Origin: Candidatus Latescibacterota bacterium
GTDB taxonomy: Bacteria; Latescibacterota; UBA2968
Assembly: GCA_965204375.1 (NCBI GenBank)
Contig: OZ241986.1
Coordinates: 6,048,001-6,112,000 of the forward strand
Direction of reading: 5' to 3'
DNA: 64,000 nt
In this document: piece after piece, positions 18,590-28,354 of the stretch
Layout of the letters: each line of letters opens with the position of its first letter
Position numbering within the stretch: the stretch's first letter is position 1
Position numbers and translations under genes: made by a program
The notes under the pieces: model-generated
The model's input: the letters and a program-made list of their open reading frames with translations, nothing else
Database searches by the model: none
Told to the model about the DNA's origin: nothing

Positions 18590-20542
18590 CTAACTCGCTG
18601 GCTCAACCCAATCGCCGCCGGCGCGTATCAGGTCAATCAGTTCGTCAACCGCGCCTTCTGTGGGGATATTGCGTTTGACGATGTCTTTGCCCTTGTAGAG
18701 CGTGATTTTACCGGGACCACTGCCCACATAGCCGTAATCGGCGTCGGCCATTTCGCCCGGGCCGTTGACTATGCAGCCCATAATGCCAATTTTGACGCCT
18801 TTGAGGTGGTTGGTGTGGCTTCGAATCAGGGCGGTGGTTTCCTGGAGGTCGAACAGGGTGCGCCCGCACGAAGGGCAGGATATGTATTCGGTTTTGGAGA
18901 TGCGGGTGCGCGTGGCTTGCAAGATGCCGAAGGCCGTGCGGGTGAGGGTGTGGTCGTCTATGTGATTGGATGCATCGAGCCACAGGCCATCGCCGAGGCC
19001 ATCGACGAGCAGCCCCCCGCAGTCTGTGGCGGCGTAGAGCATGAAGGCGTCATTGGCTGAGTACTTTGTTGCGCTATATGTACGGCGGATGACTACGGGT
19101 ATGTCGCAATGCCAATCTGCAAGCAGGCAAAATGCGCGGCGCAGTTCGGGCATGGCGTGGGTGTTGTGGGTTTGCAGGACGAGCACTGCACCGGGATCGG
19201 CCTTGAGCGCATGGATAAGTGGTGCGTCGAGTGCGTCGAGTTCGGTACGGACAAAGGTGATGCGCTCGGATATATGATTGGCTTGTAAGTATGCAGTTGC
19301 AGAAAAAATCGGGTATGCGGCGGATGCGGGCGACCAGAGCCGGGCATTTTGAATGACGCCAAGTGTGCCCGGAAGTTCAAAGTCCAGGGTGCGATCGCCG
19401 ATGTTGATAAAGTCAACGGCCATGTCGGCAATGTGCCATTTGTCGAGTGCCGCGTCGTACGAATACCCAAAAGGTTGCAGGGATTCGGGGGCGATGGTGC
19501 CTTGTGGGGTGGCTATGACGATTGGGACACTCGGTTTGCCGATTTTTTCAATCTGTCGCGTTGCGCGGCGGGTGTAGGAAAATGGATCGATATGAGATGT
19601 TTGAATTTCCGGTATTGGCGCGTGATCGCTTCGGTTGCGATAGCGGGCGACCAGTGCTTGCGCTACGGGGATTTCGGCTTCGGGTTCTTCGGTGAGGGAG
19701 ACGCGAATGGTATCGCCCAGGCCGTCTTCGAGTAGCGCGCCTATGCCCACGGCCGATTTAATGCGTCCGTCTTCACCATCGCCAGCTTCTGTGACTCCCA
19801 GATGGAGCGGATAGTTCATGCCTTCGGCCATCATTTTGTTTACCAGCAGGCGATAGGCTTGAACCATGATTTGCGGATTGCTGGCTTTCATGGAAAATAC
19901 GATGTCGTGATAGTCAAAGTCAATGCATATCCGCGCAAATTCAAGTGCGGATTCGACCATGCCGAGTGGGGTGTCGCCAAATCTGCTCATAATGCGGTCT
20001 GAGAGCGACCCGTGGTTGGTGCCTATCCGCATGGCTGTGCCGTATTCTTTGCAGATTTTGACCAGTGGCGCGAATCTGTCGCGAATGCGGTGTAGTTCCC
20101 CGGCGTATTGTGCATCGGTGTATTCGATGATCTGAAATTTTTTTTTGTCGGCGTAATTGCCGGGGTTTACGCGCACTTTTTCCACAATTCGGGCGGCGAT
20201 TTCAGCGGCATTGGGCGTGTAGTGAATATCGGCTATCAGTGGGGTGGTATAGCCCGCAGATCTGATTTTTTTTCGGATGTTTTCGAGGTTGCGGGCTTCG
20301 TTCTGGCTGGGTGCTGTTATGCGCACGTATTCACATCCGGCGTGGATCATGCGGATGGACTGGGCGACCGTGCCTTCGGTGTCCATGGTATCGGTTGTGG
20401 TCATTGATTGCACGCGGATGGGTTTGTCGCCGCCGAGTGGTACACCCCCGATATCGACTTCGCGGGTTTTGAAGCGGGCGTATTCCGTGAGCGAATTGCA
20501 GTATTTGCCCGGGGAAACGAGCAGGTCGCTGGTTATGGACAT
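18590..20542 (-). CDS. ispG: HMBPP synthase, long (insertion-domain) form
   Basis: 'PIRVQSMT', 'PLIADIH', 'R.NPGN', 'RIGTNHGSLS', 'PLHLGVTEAG', 'CPSCGR...MGCIVNGPGE'; 650 aa. Confidence 0.96.
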   Translation of the reverse strand: MSITSDLLVSPGKYCNSLTEYARFKTREVDIGGVPLGGDKPIRVQSMTTTDTMDTEGTVAQSIRMIHAGCEYVRITAPSQNEARNLENIRKKIRSAGYTTPLIADIHYTPNAAEIAARIVEKVRVNPGNYADKKKFQIIEYTDAQYAGELHRIRDRFAPLVKICKEYGTAMRIGTNHGSLSDRIMSRFGDTPLGMVESALEFARICIDFDYHDIVFSMKASNPQIMVQAYRLLVNKMMAEGMNYPLHLGVTEAGDGEDGRIKSAVGIGALLEDGLGDTIRVSLTEEPEAEIPVAQALVARYRNRSDHAPIPEIQTSHIDPFSYTRRATRQIEKIGKPSVPIVIATPQGTIAPESLQPFGYSYDAALDKWHIADMAVDFINIGDRTLDFELPGTLGVIQNARLWSPASAAYPIFSATAYLQANHISERITFVRTELDALDAPLIHALKADPGAVLVLQTHNTHAMPELRRAFCLLADWHCDIPVVIRRTYSATKYSANDAFMLYAATDCGGLLVDGLGDGLWLDASNHIDDHTLTRTAFGILQATRTRISKTEYISCPSCGRTLFDLQETTALIRSHTNHLKGVKIGIMGCIVNGPGEMADADYGYVGSGPGKITLYKGKDIVKRNIPTEGAVDELIDLIRAGGDWVEPAS

Positions 20543-20560
20543 TGGTCGTCTCGGTGGATA

Positions 20561-20624
20561 GTAGGAGCGGGTTTCGAGCGATGTACAACTGGTCGCTTCT
20601 CAGACCAGTTCAACCCGATCCTAC
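20561..20624 (+). repeat. GTAG-family REP-like palindrome interrupted by mini-element copy 2 (20576-20611)
   Basis: GTAGGAGCGGGTTTC[GAGCGATGTACAACTGGTCGCTTCTCAGACCAGTTC]AACCCGATCCTAC; overlaps the cvpA stop. Confidence 0.75.
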
Positions 20625-21229
20625 TTGGATTCCTCAAGCATTTCGTTGATTTTTTTTCGCGCTTCACCGGCTTCTTTGTTCAGCTTTTCAATTAGAGGAG
20701 GCGTTTTCTCAATCTGAATGCCCAGTTTTTCGAGCAGGGTTTTTACGTCGGGAAACATGGCCTGTACACCGTCGGCAATCATCCGAGCGGATTTTTGAAG
20801 CGGTGCGCCTAAGGTGGAATTGTCGATGAATTCGGGCACGCGGCTGTGGATGGGATGGGCACGAAAAAATATGGCGATCAGGCCTAAAATCAATGCGCCT
20901 TGAACCAGCCCCAGAGCAATGCCGCCAAATGCGTCAATCGCGCCGAGGGGAGAGGTCCGCAGCATTCCGTGAAGGGCGCGCCCGAGAAAATAGCAGGCGG
21001 CCAGGACAGCCACAAATACGACGAGGAATCCGAATAGCGCGGCGCCGCTGCCGAGGTCTTCTGTTGTATCGAACAAAGCGCGCGCTGTTTTTTCGCCATA
21101 AGTGAGGGCAAAACCATAGGCCAATATCACGCTGAACAGCATGATGAGGCTTTGTACCAGCCCAATTTGCCATCCTTTTCGAGCGAACCAGAAAAGGCCG
21201 AGGGCAAAAATGAGATCGACGATGTTCAT
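20621..21229 (-). CDS. CvpA family membrane protein
   Basis: 'MNIVD...G...GLV', about 4 TM helices, 'ID.FGG..LG...G'; usual position after rpsU. Confidence 0.85.
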   Translation of the reverse strand: MNIVDLIFALGLFWFARKGWQIGLVQSLIMLFSVILAYGFALTYGEKTARALFDTTEDLGSGAALFGFLVVFVAVLAACYFLGRALHGMLRTSPLGAIDAFGGIALGLVQGALILGLIAIFFRAHPIHSRVPEFIDNSTLGAPLQKSARMIADGVQAMFPDVKTLLEKLGIQIEKTPPLIEKLNKEAGEARKKINEMLEESK

Positions 21230-21254
21230 TTGAAGTGCAAAATGGGAATGGATA

Positions 21255-21290
21255 AAAAAAAAGCGATAGCCACCCTGAGTGATTATCGCT
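21255..21290 (-). terminator. Intrinsic terminator after rpsU
   Basis: Minus strand AAGCGATAATCAC...GTGGCTATCGCTT followed by a T-run. Confidence 0.6.
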
Positions 21291-21313
21291 TAATTCGAAT
21301 AATTGCGAAAGAC

Positions 21314-21511
21314 TTAGCGGGTGTATTGCTGATCCATTTTGATCCGCTTGCGTCTTGCTGCGGCAATTTTGCGTTTCCGACGTTCACTCGGTTTTTCAAA
21401 GTGCTGATTTTTCTTCATGTCGGAAATAACACCGGCTTTTTCGCAGGCCTTTTTGAACCGCTTGAGTGCTCTTTCGAACGGTTCGTCGTCGCGTACGAGG
21501 ACACCAGGCAT
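21314..21511 (-). CDS. rpsU: 30S ribosomal protein S21
   Basis: MPGVLVRDDEPFERALKRFKKACEKAG...FEKPSERRKRK; 65 aa. Confidence 0.95.
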   Translation of the reverse strand: MPGVLVRDDEPFERALKRFKKACEKAGVISDMKKNQHFEKPSERRKRKIAAARRKRIKMDQQYTR

Positions 21512-21786
21512 GCCGGGACTCACCCCTTTCTTTTGAAAATGTGATGAATAACCAAAACGAATTTCAATATAACATATAAAATGTCCCGCACTTTTGCAAC
21601 CCGTTTTTCCCATGTCGCTCCACCTGTTATACGCCTTGAGTTTGTTCGCTATAAAAAACGTCTTTGTTCATTTCAAGGCATTTTTTATTTTTAAGGCGGG
21701 ATTTTCGGGTTTTGGTTTTGAATGGGAACTCAAAAAAGTGTCGGGCGTTTTTGGATGGGAGAAAGGATCACAAAACGGAGGGGTGA

Positions 21787-23094
21787 ATGCAATCGAGAAA
21801 TGAAAATGAGATCGATGACAAGCTCAAGAACTTACACGTACGCCTGTCCAGCCAGAGTTTTTTAACGGCTTATTTTTTTCTTTTGGCGGTTATTATTGTC
21901 ATCGCATTCCTCATTTATACACAGCTTTACGTGGTGCAACCCATGCGGCAAGAAGCCAGACGTATGGGAGAGTTATACGCGTTTATGCACAGTGTGGCTA
22001 TATTGGAGAAAATTGAGGTCAAGGGATTTTATGAGGATGTCATTTTTCACACTGTCCAGAATCCCAATTTTCCTGTTGTAATCACAGACGAGCAGGGTAT
22101 TCCACGGTACTGGAAAGCGATTGACATTCCCCCTTTTGGTGACCGTACTCCCGAGAAGCTGGGCAAAGTGATGGACAAGGCTTACGCACTCGATCGGGAA
22201 AATGACCCGTTGCCGTTTGAATGGCCCGGGACAGAATGGGGGCCAGATAATAAACCCGTCAAGAAGGAACCGGAAATCTGGAGATTGCACTGGGGGGCGT
22301 CCGCGCTGGAGAAGCGTTTGAACTGGTTGCCCTGGGTCGTTTTTGGGGTGACGATCGTATTTACTGGGGGCGGATATCTCGGTTTTCGGTATATTAAGAA
22401 TAGAGAACAGCGATCTCTCTGGGTGGGGATGGCGCGGGAAACAGCCCATCAATTGGGAACGCCGTTGTCTTCGCTTTACGGTTGGTTGGCACTGTTGAAG
22501 GACGAGTTGGATGCAGAAGGTGATAGAGAGGGCAGTCAGAGGCTGAAAGATATCCTGGGAGAAATGGATCGGGATACGAGCCGATTGGATAAGATCGCTT
22601 CTCGCTTTAGTCTGATTGGTTCTACGCCCGAATTGCGATTGGATCAGGTGCGCGATGTGGTGGCTGAAACAGCGGGTTATTTGCGCGCGCGCTTGCCGGA
22701 GAATGTGCAAATTGTGGAGGAATTGGACGATGTGCCGGTTGTTCCGATCAATCGGGAACTTCTGGGGTGGGCGTTTGAAAATCTCTTTAGAAATGCCGCC
22801 GATGCAATGGAAGGCCGAGGGGGCCGCATTGATGTGTCGTCGCGCGTGGAGGAACGCCGGGTGGTTATTGAAGTGCGCGATACGGGAAAGGGCATGCCTT
22901 CGCATATGTTTAAGCAGGTTTTTTTGCCGGGTACCAGTACCAAGAAACGCGGGTGGGGACTCGGTCTGGCATTTGTGAAACGCATTGTGGAAGACTACCA
23001 CAGCGGAAAAGTATTTATCAAAGAAAGTGTGCCGTATCAGGGCACGACATTTGTCATTTTGCTGCCTTTACCTCCGGCAGATATAGATGACTAA
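21787..23094 (+). CDS. Membrane sensor histidine kinase
   Basis: Two TMs; H-box 'WVGMARETAHQLGTPLSSL', N-box 'FENLFRNAADA', G-boxes 'DTGKG', 'GWGLGLA'. Confidence 0.92.
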   Translation: MQSRNENEIDDKLKNLHVRLSSQSFLTAYFFLLAVIIVIAFLIYTQLYVVQPMRQEARRMGELYAFMHSVAILEKIEVKGFYEDVIFHTVQNPNFPVVITDEQGIPRYWKAIDIPPFGDRTPEKLGKVMDKAYALDRENDPLPFEWPGTEWGPDNKPVKKEPEIWRLHWGASALEKRLNWLPWVVFGVTIVFTGGGYLGFRYIKNREQRSLWVGMARETAHQLGTPLSSLYGWLALLKDELDAEGDREGSQRLKDILGEMDRDTSRLDKIASRFSLIGSTPELRLDQVRDVVAETAGYLRARLPENVQIVEELDDVPVVPINRELLGWAFENLFRNAADAMEGRGGRIDVSSRVEERRVVIEVRDTGKGMPSHMFKQVFLPGTSTKKRGWGLGLAFVKRIVEDYHSGKVFIKESVPYQGTTFVILLPLPPADIDD

Positions 23095-23123
23095 TAATCC
23101 TTTATCAATCATTAAAAGCAGAG

Positions 23124-24698
23124 GTGCATGTGAATCAAACGCAAGAAACTAAGCAGATTTTGTGGGCAGATGACGAGATCGATTTGTTGCGACCCCATCA
23201 AATTTTTCTCAAGGATCGGGGATATGATATAACCCCTGTGACCAATGGCGATGATGCTATTGCCATGGTTCAGAGGCATGGATTTGATGCGGTATTGCTC
23301 GATGAAATGATGGCTGGACGAGATGGGTTGTCAACTCTGGCGGCGATTAAGGATATCAATCCGCATATTCCGGTTATTATGATTACGAAAAACGAAGAAG
23401 AACGGTTGATGGAACAGGCCATTGGACAGCGGATTGACGACTATTTGACCAAGCCCGTGAATCCGAGTCAGATTTTGCTGGCGTGCAAAAAGTTGCTCGA
23501 TGCACGTCAAATTCAAAAAGACCGCATGGGGTTGGACTATGCAGCTGCATCCAACAGATTGCGCGAAGCCCTCGTACTGGCCGATTCATGGCGAGATTGG
23601 ATCGATCTTCACGTGCGGCTGTCTGAGTGGGATTTGGAATTGGATCGCTTTTACGATCCGGGCTTGCGCACTATGCACGACGATTTGCGCCGCGCCTGCA
23701 ATTTGGCGTTTGGCAAGTTTATCGAGGATAATTACAGCCAGTGGGTGCAAGACGAAGAAGATTCGCCCATGCTTTCTGTGGATATTGTATCCGAATTTGT
23801 CGCGCCCTGTGTGCAAGATGGGCAACAGGTGTTTTTTGTGGTGGTCGATTGTATGCGATTGGATCACTGGCTTGCCATTTTGCCATTGTTGTCCGATATT
23901 TTTGATATTGATCAACACTACCACTACTCTATTTTGCCGACTGCGACGCCGTATTCTCGCAATGCCATTTTCAGCGGCCTTTTTCCCGTTGATCTCGCGG
24001 GAATGTATCCCGATGAGTGGCAAGTCGCGCGTGACGACGACATGAGTCGCAACCGACACGAGCACCAATTGCTCGATCAACAGCTCGCAGAAATTGATCC
24101 GGAATTGGATCTGGATACGCGCTACGTCAAAATACTGGATATTGCAGAGGGTAACCGGCTGGCGAAGAAGGTGCATTCTTACCGGTCTTTCCCGCTTATG
24201 GCAGTTGTGGTCAATTTTTTGGATATGCTCACGCATGGCCGTTCCGAATCCGAATTGTTGCAAGAAATGGCGCCCAATGAGCCTGCTTATCGGTCTTTGA
24301 CGCGGTCGTGGTTCTCGCATTCTTCTCTTTTTGAGATGTTGCGCAAGCTGTCCGAGACCGACTCGACAGTGGTGCTGACGACAGATCACGGCTGTATGCT
24401 GAGTACGCGGGCTTCTCTGGCTTATGGCAATCGGGATACTTCGACGGGGATTCGCTTCAAATACGGCAAAAATTTGCGATGCGATAACCGCCACGCGATG
24501 CATATTCGAGATCCCGAGGCTTTTGGCCTGCCGAGTATAGGGCAAGGAACCAATTACATTATTTGCAGGGAAGATTACTTTTTTGTGTATCCCACCAATT
24601 TCAACGAGTACCAGGCCAAATACGCCAATAGTTTTCAACACGGGGGAATCTCTCTCGAAGAGTGTATTTTGCCGGTTGCTATTATGCGCGGGAAATGA
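23124..24698 (+). CDS. PorX-like response regulator with C-terminal PglZ/alkaline-phosphatase domain
   Basis: 'ILWADDEIDLL.PH..FL', receiver Asp 'LDEMM', PglZ motifs 'VVDCMRLD', 'ILPTAT.YSRNAIFSG', 'TTDHG', 'FQHGGISLEE'. Confidence 0.9.
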   Translation: MHVNQTQETKQILWADDEIDLLRPHQIFLKDRGYDITPVTNGDDAIAMVQRHGFDAVLLDEMMAGRDGLSTLAAIKDINPHIPVIMITKNEEERLMEQAIGQRIDDYLTKPVNPSQILLACKKLLDARQIQKDRMGLDYAAASNRLREALVLADSWRDWIDLHVRLSEWDLELDRFYDPGLRTMHDDLRRACNLAFGKFIEDNYSQWVQDEEDSPMLSVDIVSEFVAPCVQDGQQVFFVVVDCMRLDHWLAILPLLSDIFDIDQHYHYSILPTATPYSRNAIFSGLFPVDLAGMYPDEWQVARDDDMSRNRHEHQLLDQQLAEIDPELDLDTRYVKILDIAEGNRLAKKVHSYRSFPLMAVVVNFLDMLTHGRSESELLQEMAPNEPAYRSLTRSWFSHSSLFEMLRKLSETDSTVVLTTDHGCMLSTRASLAYGNRDTSTGIRFKYGKNLRCDNRHAMHIRDPEAFGLPSIGQGTNYIICREDYFFVYPTNFNEYQAKYANSFQHGGISLEECILPVAIMRGK

Positions 24699-24700
24699 GG

Positions 24701-24796
24701 CGAATAGACGAATAATCCGCAGATGACGCAGATGAACACAGATAAAGGGCGAATAGACGAATCAACGAACAGACGGAACGGGTATAGCAGCGGTTC
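24701..24796 (+). repeat. Composite intergenic repeat: family A, family B, family A, degenerate mini-element
   Basis: cgaatagacgaat, atccgcagatgacgcagatgaacacagat, cgaatagacgaatcaacgaa, gaacgggtatagcagcggttc. Confidence 0.7.
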
Positions 24797-24834
24797 GTTG
24801 ACCTATAAGAAAGGTGCATTCTGCATTTTTAACC

Positions 24835-25329
24835 ATGTCACATAGAAAGATCACACGGGTGTCTTCGTCGCCCGATCAAACACATGGGTTTGGACGCGAT
24901 CTCTCGGCTCGGCTCGAGCCGGGCGATTGCGTTGCGCTTACAGGGGATTTGGGCAGTGGCAAAACCTGTTTTGTACAGGGTGTTTGCGCGGGCTTGAATG
25001 TGACTGATTATGTGACGAGTCCGACTTTTGTTATCATCAATGAATACGCGGGGGTTTCGCCCGATGGAAAGCCGATGCCGGTGTATCACTTTGATCTTTA
25101 TCGGTTGGGCAGTCCCGACGAACTCTATGAGATTGGGTGTGATGATTTATTTTACGGCGAGGGGGTGTGTTTGATTGAGTGGGCAGATTTGGGGGGCGAT
25201 CTGATTCCCGATCATGCCATTGATGTGCATTTTTCCCATGCGGGGGAGATGGTTCGGAACCTGACGATTAAATCGCAGCCCCGTTCGGCTTCGGGCAGGA
25301 CGAGGTTGTACACCGCTTCAGAGGGGTGA
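24835..25329 (+). CDS. tsaE: tRNA t6A biosynthesis ATPase
   Basis: 'L.GDLGSGKT', 'VTSPTF.I.NEY', 'YHFDLYRL', 'LIEW'. Confidence 0.94.
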   Translation: MSHRKITRVSSSPDQTHGFGRDLSARLEPGDCVALTGDLGSGKTCFVQGVCAGLNVTDYVTSPTFVIINEYAGVSPDGKPMPVYHFDLYRLGSPDELYEIGCDDLFYGEGVCLIEWADLGGDLIPDHAIDVHFSHAGEMVRNLTIKSQPRSASGRTRLYTASEG

Positions 25330-25330
25330 C

Positions 25331-26128
25331 GTGTTCCAAAGAGAATATAATCGCAGATCCATTTGGATGTGTTGGTTTACACACGGTGCGCTTGCCATGT
25401 GTGTTTGCGTTGTGGCATTTGTACCGGTTTGGGCACAGCAAGACTTACAGCCGCGGCAATTGGTTGAAGCCCCCACGGCGGGTTTGTTGCCCAGTCGCGG
25501 TTTGGGGTTGGATCTTCGGTTTTATGGAGGTGATGGGATTTTGGGCGGTGTGTCGGTCGGTTTGTTCAGCCGGGGTATGGTTGGGGTGTCTTTTGGTGGA
25601 AGCGATATTTTGGGAAACGAGGCGCTGGATTTGAACCCGCGGATCGAGTTCTCAGGTCGCGTGCGGGTAATTGAAGAGGGATATACAATTCCGGCTCTGG
25701 CAATGGGTTATACATCGCAGGGATACGGGATGTTCGATGATGAGTTGAAGCGCTATACCCGCAAGTCCAAGGGGGTTTATGTCGTTGCCAGCAAAAATTT
25801 CAAGTTGCCTTTGGGGCATACGGGTCTTCATATTGGCGCGAACCGAAGTTTTGAAGACGGCGATGACGATAGTGATTTTACAGGTTATGTCGGTGTGGAT
25901 ACAGGGCTTGGGAAATATGTGGTGGTACTGGCGGAATACGATTTTGGATTGAACGATAATTCAGACAATAGTCTGGGTTCTGGAAAGGGATTTCTCAACG
26001 CCGGGATCAGATGGACGCTGTCTGAGGCATTTGCTCTGGAATTTGATTTGAAGAATATTTTCCGCAATGGCATGCAAAATCCACATCCCGACCGGGAACT
26101 TCGCATTGCGTATTTTGGAAAGTTTTGA
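25331..26128 (+). CDS. Outer-membrane beta-barrel protein (YjbH-like); start uncertain
   Basis: Signal peptide, 'LVEAPTAGLL', alternating beta-strands, 'YVVASKNF', 'LNAGIRW', C-terminal F. Confidence 0.6.
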   Translation: MFQREYNRRSIWMCWFTHGALAMCVCVVAFVPVWAQQDLQPRQLVEAPTAGLLPSRGLGLDLRFYGGDGILGGVSVGLFSRGMVGVSFGGSDILGNEALDLNPRIEFSGRVRVIEEGYTIPALAMGYTSQGYGMFDDELKRYTRKSKGVYVVASKNFKLPLGHTGLHIGANRSFEDGDDDSDFTGYVGVDTGLGKYVVVLAEYDFGLNDNSDNSLGSGKGFLNAGIRWTLSEAFALEFDLKNIFRNGMQNPHPDRELRIAYFGKF

Positions 26129-26148
26129 TTTTTTTTGAAGCGTGAGTT

Positions 26149-26607
26149 TTACCATCCTTCCCTCATCCATTCAAACATTTTGTAGTGGTTGCCATCCATT
26201 CCCATTGCGTTATAAGTTTTTTGCGCCCGTTCGTTTTCCCGTTCGACGTAAAGCCTGAGTCCGCGCAGGTCGGCAGATTGCTCGACTGTGGTTTTTAAGT
26301 TTTCATACATCATCCGGAAAATGCCACGCCGCCGTGCGCTGGGAATTACATAGACCGAATGAATCCACAATACTGTTCCGTTGCGCCAGTCACTCCATTC
26401 GGGGACGGTGAGCAAGCAGCCGGCGACTTCACCGTCTAATTCGGCAATCCAATACGCTCCCTTGTGCGGATCGTCAAAGACGGCGTGTACGCCTTTTTCA
26501 ACGGTTGGTCGATCCAGTGTGAGATCTTCTGCTTCTTTTGCCATTCGGATTTGAAAATCTATGATATAGGGTGCATCTTTTCGTCGCCCCCGACGAATCT
26601 CTATCAT
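26149..26607 (-). CDS. GNAT family N-acetyltransferase
   Basis: 'EWSDWRNG..LWIHSVYV...RRRGIF', 'LRLYV...N..A..TY'. Confidence 0.88.
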   Translation of the reverse strand: MIEIRRGRRKDAPYIIDFQIRMAKEAEDLTLDRPTVEKGVHAVFDDPHKGAYWIAELDGEVAGCLLTVPEWSDWRNGTVLWIHSVYVIPSARRRGIFRMMYENLKTTVEQSADLRGLRLYVERENERAQKTYNAMGMDGNHYKMFEWMREGW

Positions 26608-27341
26608 AATCCCTTCTTCCATTTGCGATACAACTCGAATGTTTCTTCATCTGGCGGATAGTATTTGCCCGGGGAGAGGTTTTCCGTGTCCAGGCGTCTT
26701 CTGATCCATTCTTCGAGGTCGTCGTATTCTATCGCTTTTTGAGCCATTTCTGGCGCGACTTTGCGCGGAATGACGACCACGCCGTCGTCGTCGGCTACGA
26801 TGTAGTCTCCCGGTCTGACGAGGACGCCATCGACCTGTACCCAGTCATTGGTCGAATATGGCGTTCCAACGCGGGTGCCGAGGTTTGATGTTTTGCCATA
26901 TCCCCACAACATTACGCCGTAGTCTTTGACGGTGTGCATGTCGCGGATGCCGCCATCGCAGATCAGTCCATCTACTTCCCGCTGTTTTAAGCGTAGAAAT
27001 TTGATGTCTCCGCCAATGGACATCAGTTTGGTGCGCATGGATTCCATGACGATGACATCGCCCGGACCGGCGAGTTCAAAGGCGGCGTATTCAGGGGATT
27101 CTTCGCCGCCCGGTTTTTCTTCGTCGGCGTCGGGGCGTGAGGGCACAAAGCGCACGGTGATTGCTCTGGCGACCAATCGCTTTCCGGGGTTCATGGTTTG
27201 CAGATTGGGCATATACGTGTATCGCGCGTCGTACCCATTGCGCGCGAGCACATCGACTACAGCGGTTGTGTTCACGCGCTTGAGTGCTTCTCGCGTCGCT
27301 TTGTCCAATACGTGATCGGGGGTGGGTTGTACAATTGCCAT
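26604..27341 (-). CDS. RraA/HMG-aldolase family protein
   Basis: 'A.TVRFVP', 'GDVIV', 'G.I.DGGIRD', 'V.PGD.IVAD.DGVVVIP'. Confidence 0.85.
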   Translation of the reverse strand: MAIVQPTPDHVLDKATREALKRVNTTAVVDVLARNGYDARYTYMPNLQTMNPGKRLVARAITVRFVPSRPDADEEKPGGEESPEYAAFELAGPGDVIVMESMRTKLMSIGGDIKFLRLKQREVDGLICDGGIRDMHTVKDYGVMLWGYGKTSNLGTRVGTPYSTNDWVQVDGVLVRPGDYIVADDDGVVVIPRKVAPEMAQKAIEYDDLEEWIRRRLDTENLSPGKYYPPDEETFELYRKWKKGL

Positions 27342-27360
27342 GTATTCTCCTGTTTTTGTT

Positions 27361-28341
27361 CTATTTGCTCTCGTTTTCGACTGCCTGGATCAATGCGATG
27401 ATGTATCCAAATTGGAATGCCCACGCCTGGGTTACGCGGCTGGAGACGCCTTCGGGGGCTGTGTCGTCGGGATGGCGTGGGGCGTGGTCGGGCATGAGCA
27501 TGTAGGGATAGCCCGCCTGGTGTAAAGCTTTTACGATTTCGTACATGTTGACGTCGCCTTCGTCTGGCCAGGTTTCGCAGAAGTCGTGCAGGCCTCCGCG
27601 GATGTTTCTAAAGTGTACGTTGAAGATTTTTTTTCTTTCTGCGAAATATTTGACGATGGGGGGGAGTTCTTCGGCCGGGTTTTCCAGTCCTTCGGCGGCT
27701 ACGCCGCAGCAAAAATTGAATCCGTGATAGGGGCTGTCAACCAGTTCGCTGAATCGCTTCAGGCCTTCAAATACGGGATAATTCCACTTTTCCACGCCGT
27801 TTAACACGGGTGCTGGCGGGTCGTTGAGATGGCAGGCCATCTGTATTTTGTATTCTTCGGCTACGGGCATTATGCGTTCGAGAAAGTATGCGGCCCGTTC
27901 GAAAGCTTCTTCCCGGCTCACGCGACCGATTTCGGTGAGGGTGTCGTTGTCGTATTCAGAGAGAACAAAAGAGCTGTACGTCGTTCCGCCTCGACCCGGC
28001 CTGCGCCCGGTGCGTTGTACAAGGCCGCCGGAAGGTGCGCGCAAGACGCAGAAGTTGTAGTTCAGACCGCGCAGTCCGGCTTTGTGCGCGTTTTCGATGT
28101 ATTGACAGAACAGGTCTATGTCTCTGTCGCGCTGCGGGTCTTTTGCCATGGGGATGCTGTCCATTGGGGGGACGTGAATCATTTCGAGTTCGACTCCGTA
28201 AGCGGCGGCTTCTTCTCTGTGCCGCGCGAGGGTGTCAGCATCCATGCCATCAACTGTGGCGTCAAAATGGGTGACGCCATGGCGAGATAGAAATTCCATT
28301 TCTATTTTTGATGTGCCGAAGTACTGTGTGCCTACGTACAT
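27361..28341 (-). CDS. Mannonate dehydratase (UxuA) family protein
   Basis: 'YNF', 'FLE.I.PVAEE..I.MA.H..DPP', 'NVHFRNI.G...F.E...DEGDV.M', 'MPDHAP'. Confidence 0.85.
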   Translation of the reverse strand: MYVGTQYFGTSKIEMEFLSRHGVTHFDATVDGMDADTLARHREEAAAYGVELEMIHVPPMDSIPMAKDPQRDRDIDLFCQYIENAHKAGLRGLNYNFCVLRAPSGGLVQRTGRRPGRGGTTYSSFVLSEYDNDTLTEIGRVSREEAFERAAYFLERIMPVAEEYKIQMACHLNDPPAPVLNGVEKWNYPVFEGLKRFSELVDSPYHGFNFCCGVAAEGLENPAEELPPIVKYFAERKKIFNVHFRNIRGGLHDFCETWPDEGDVNMYEIVKALHQAGYPYMLMPDHAPRHPDDTAPEGVSSRVTQAWAFQFGYIIALIQAVENESK

Positions 28342-28354
28342 GATGGATGTCCTT

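Noticed and set aside
23124-24698. PglZ domain as evidence of a BREX system
   Set aside because: It is the receiver-PglZ PorX architecture next to tsaE, and no brx genes are present.
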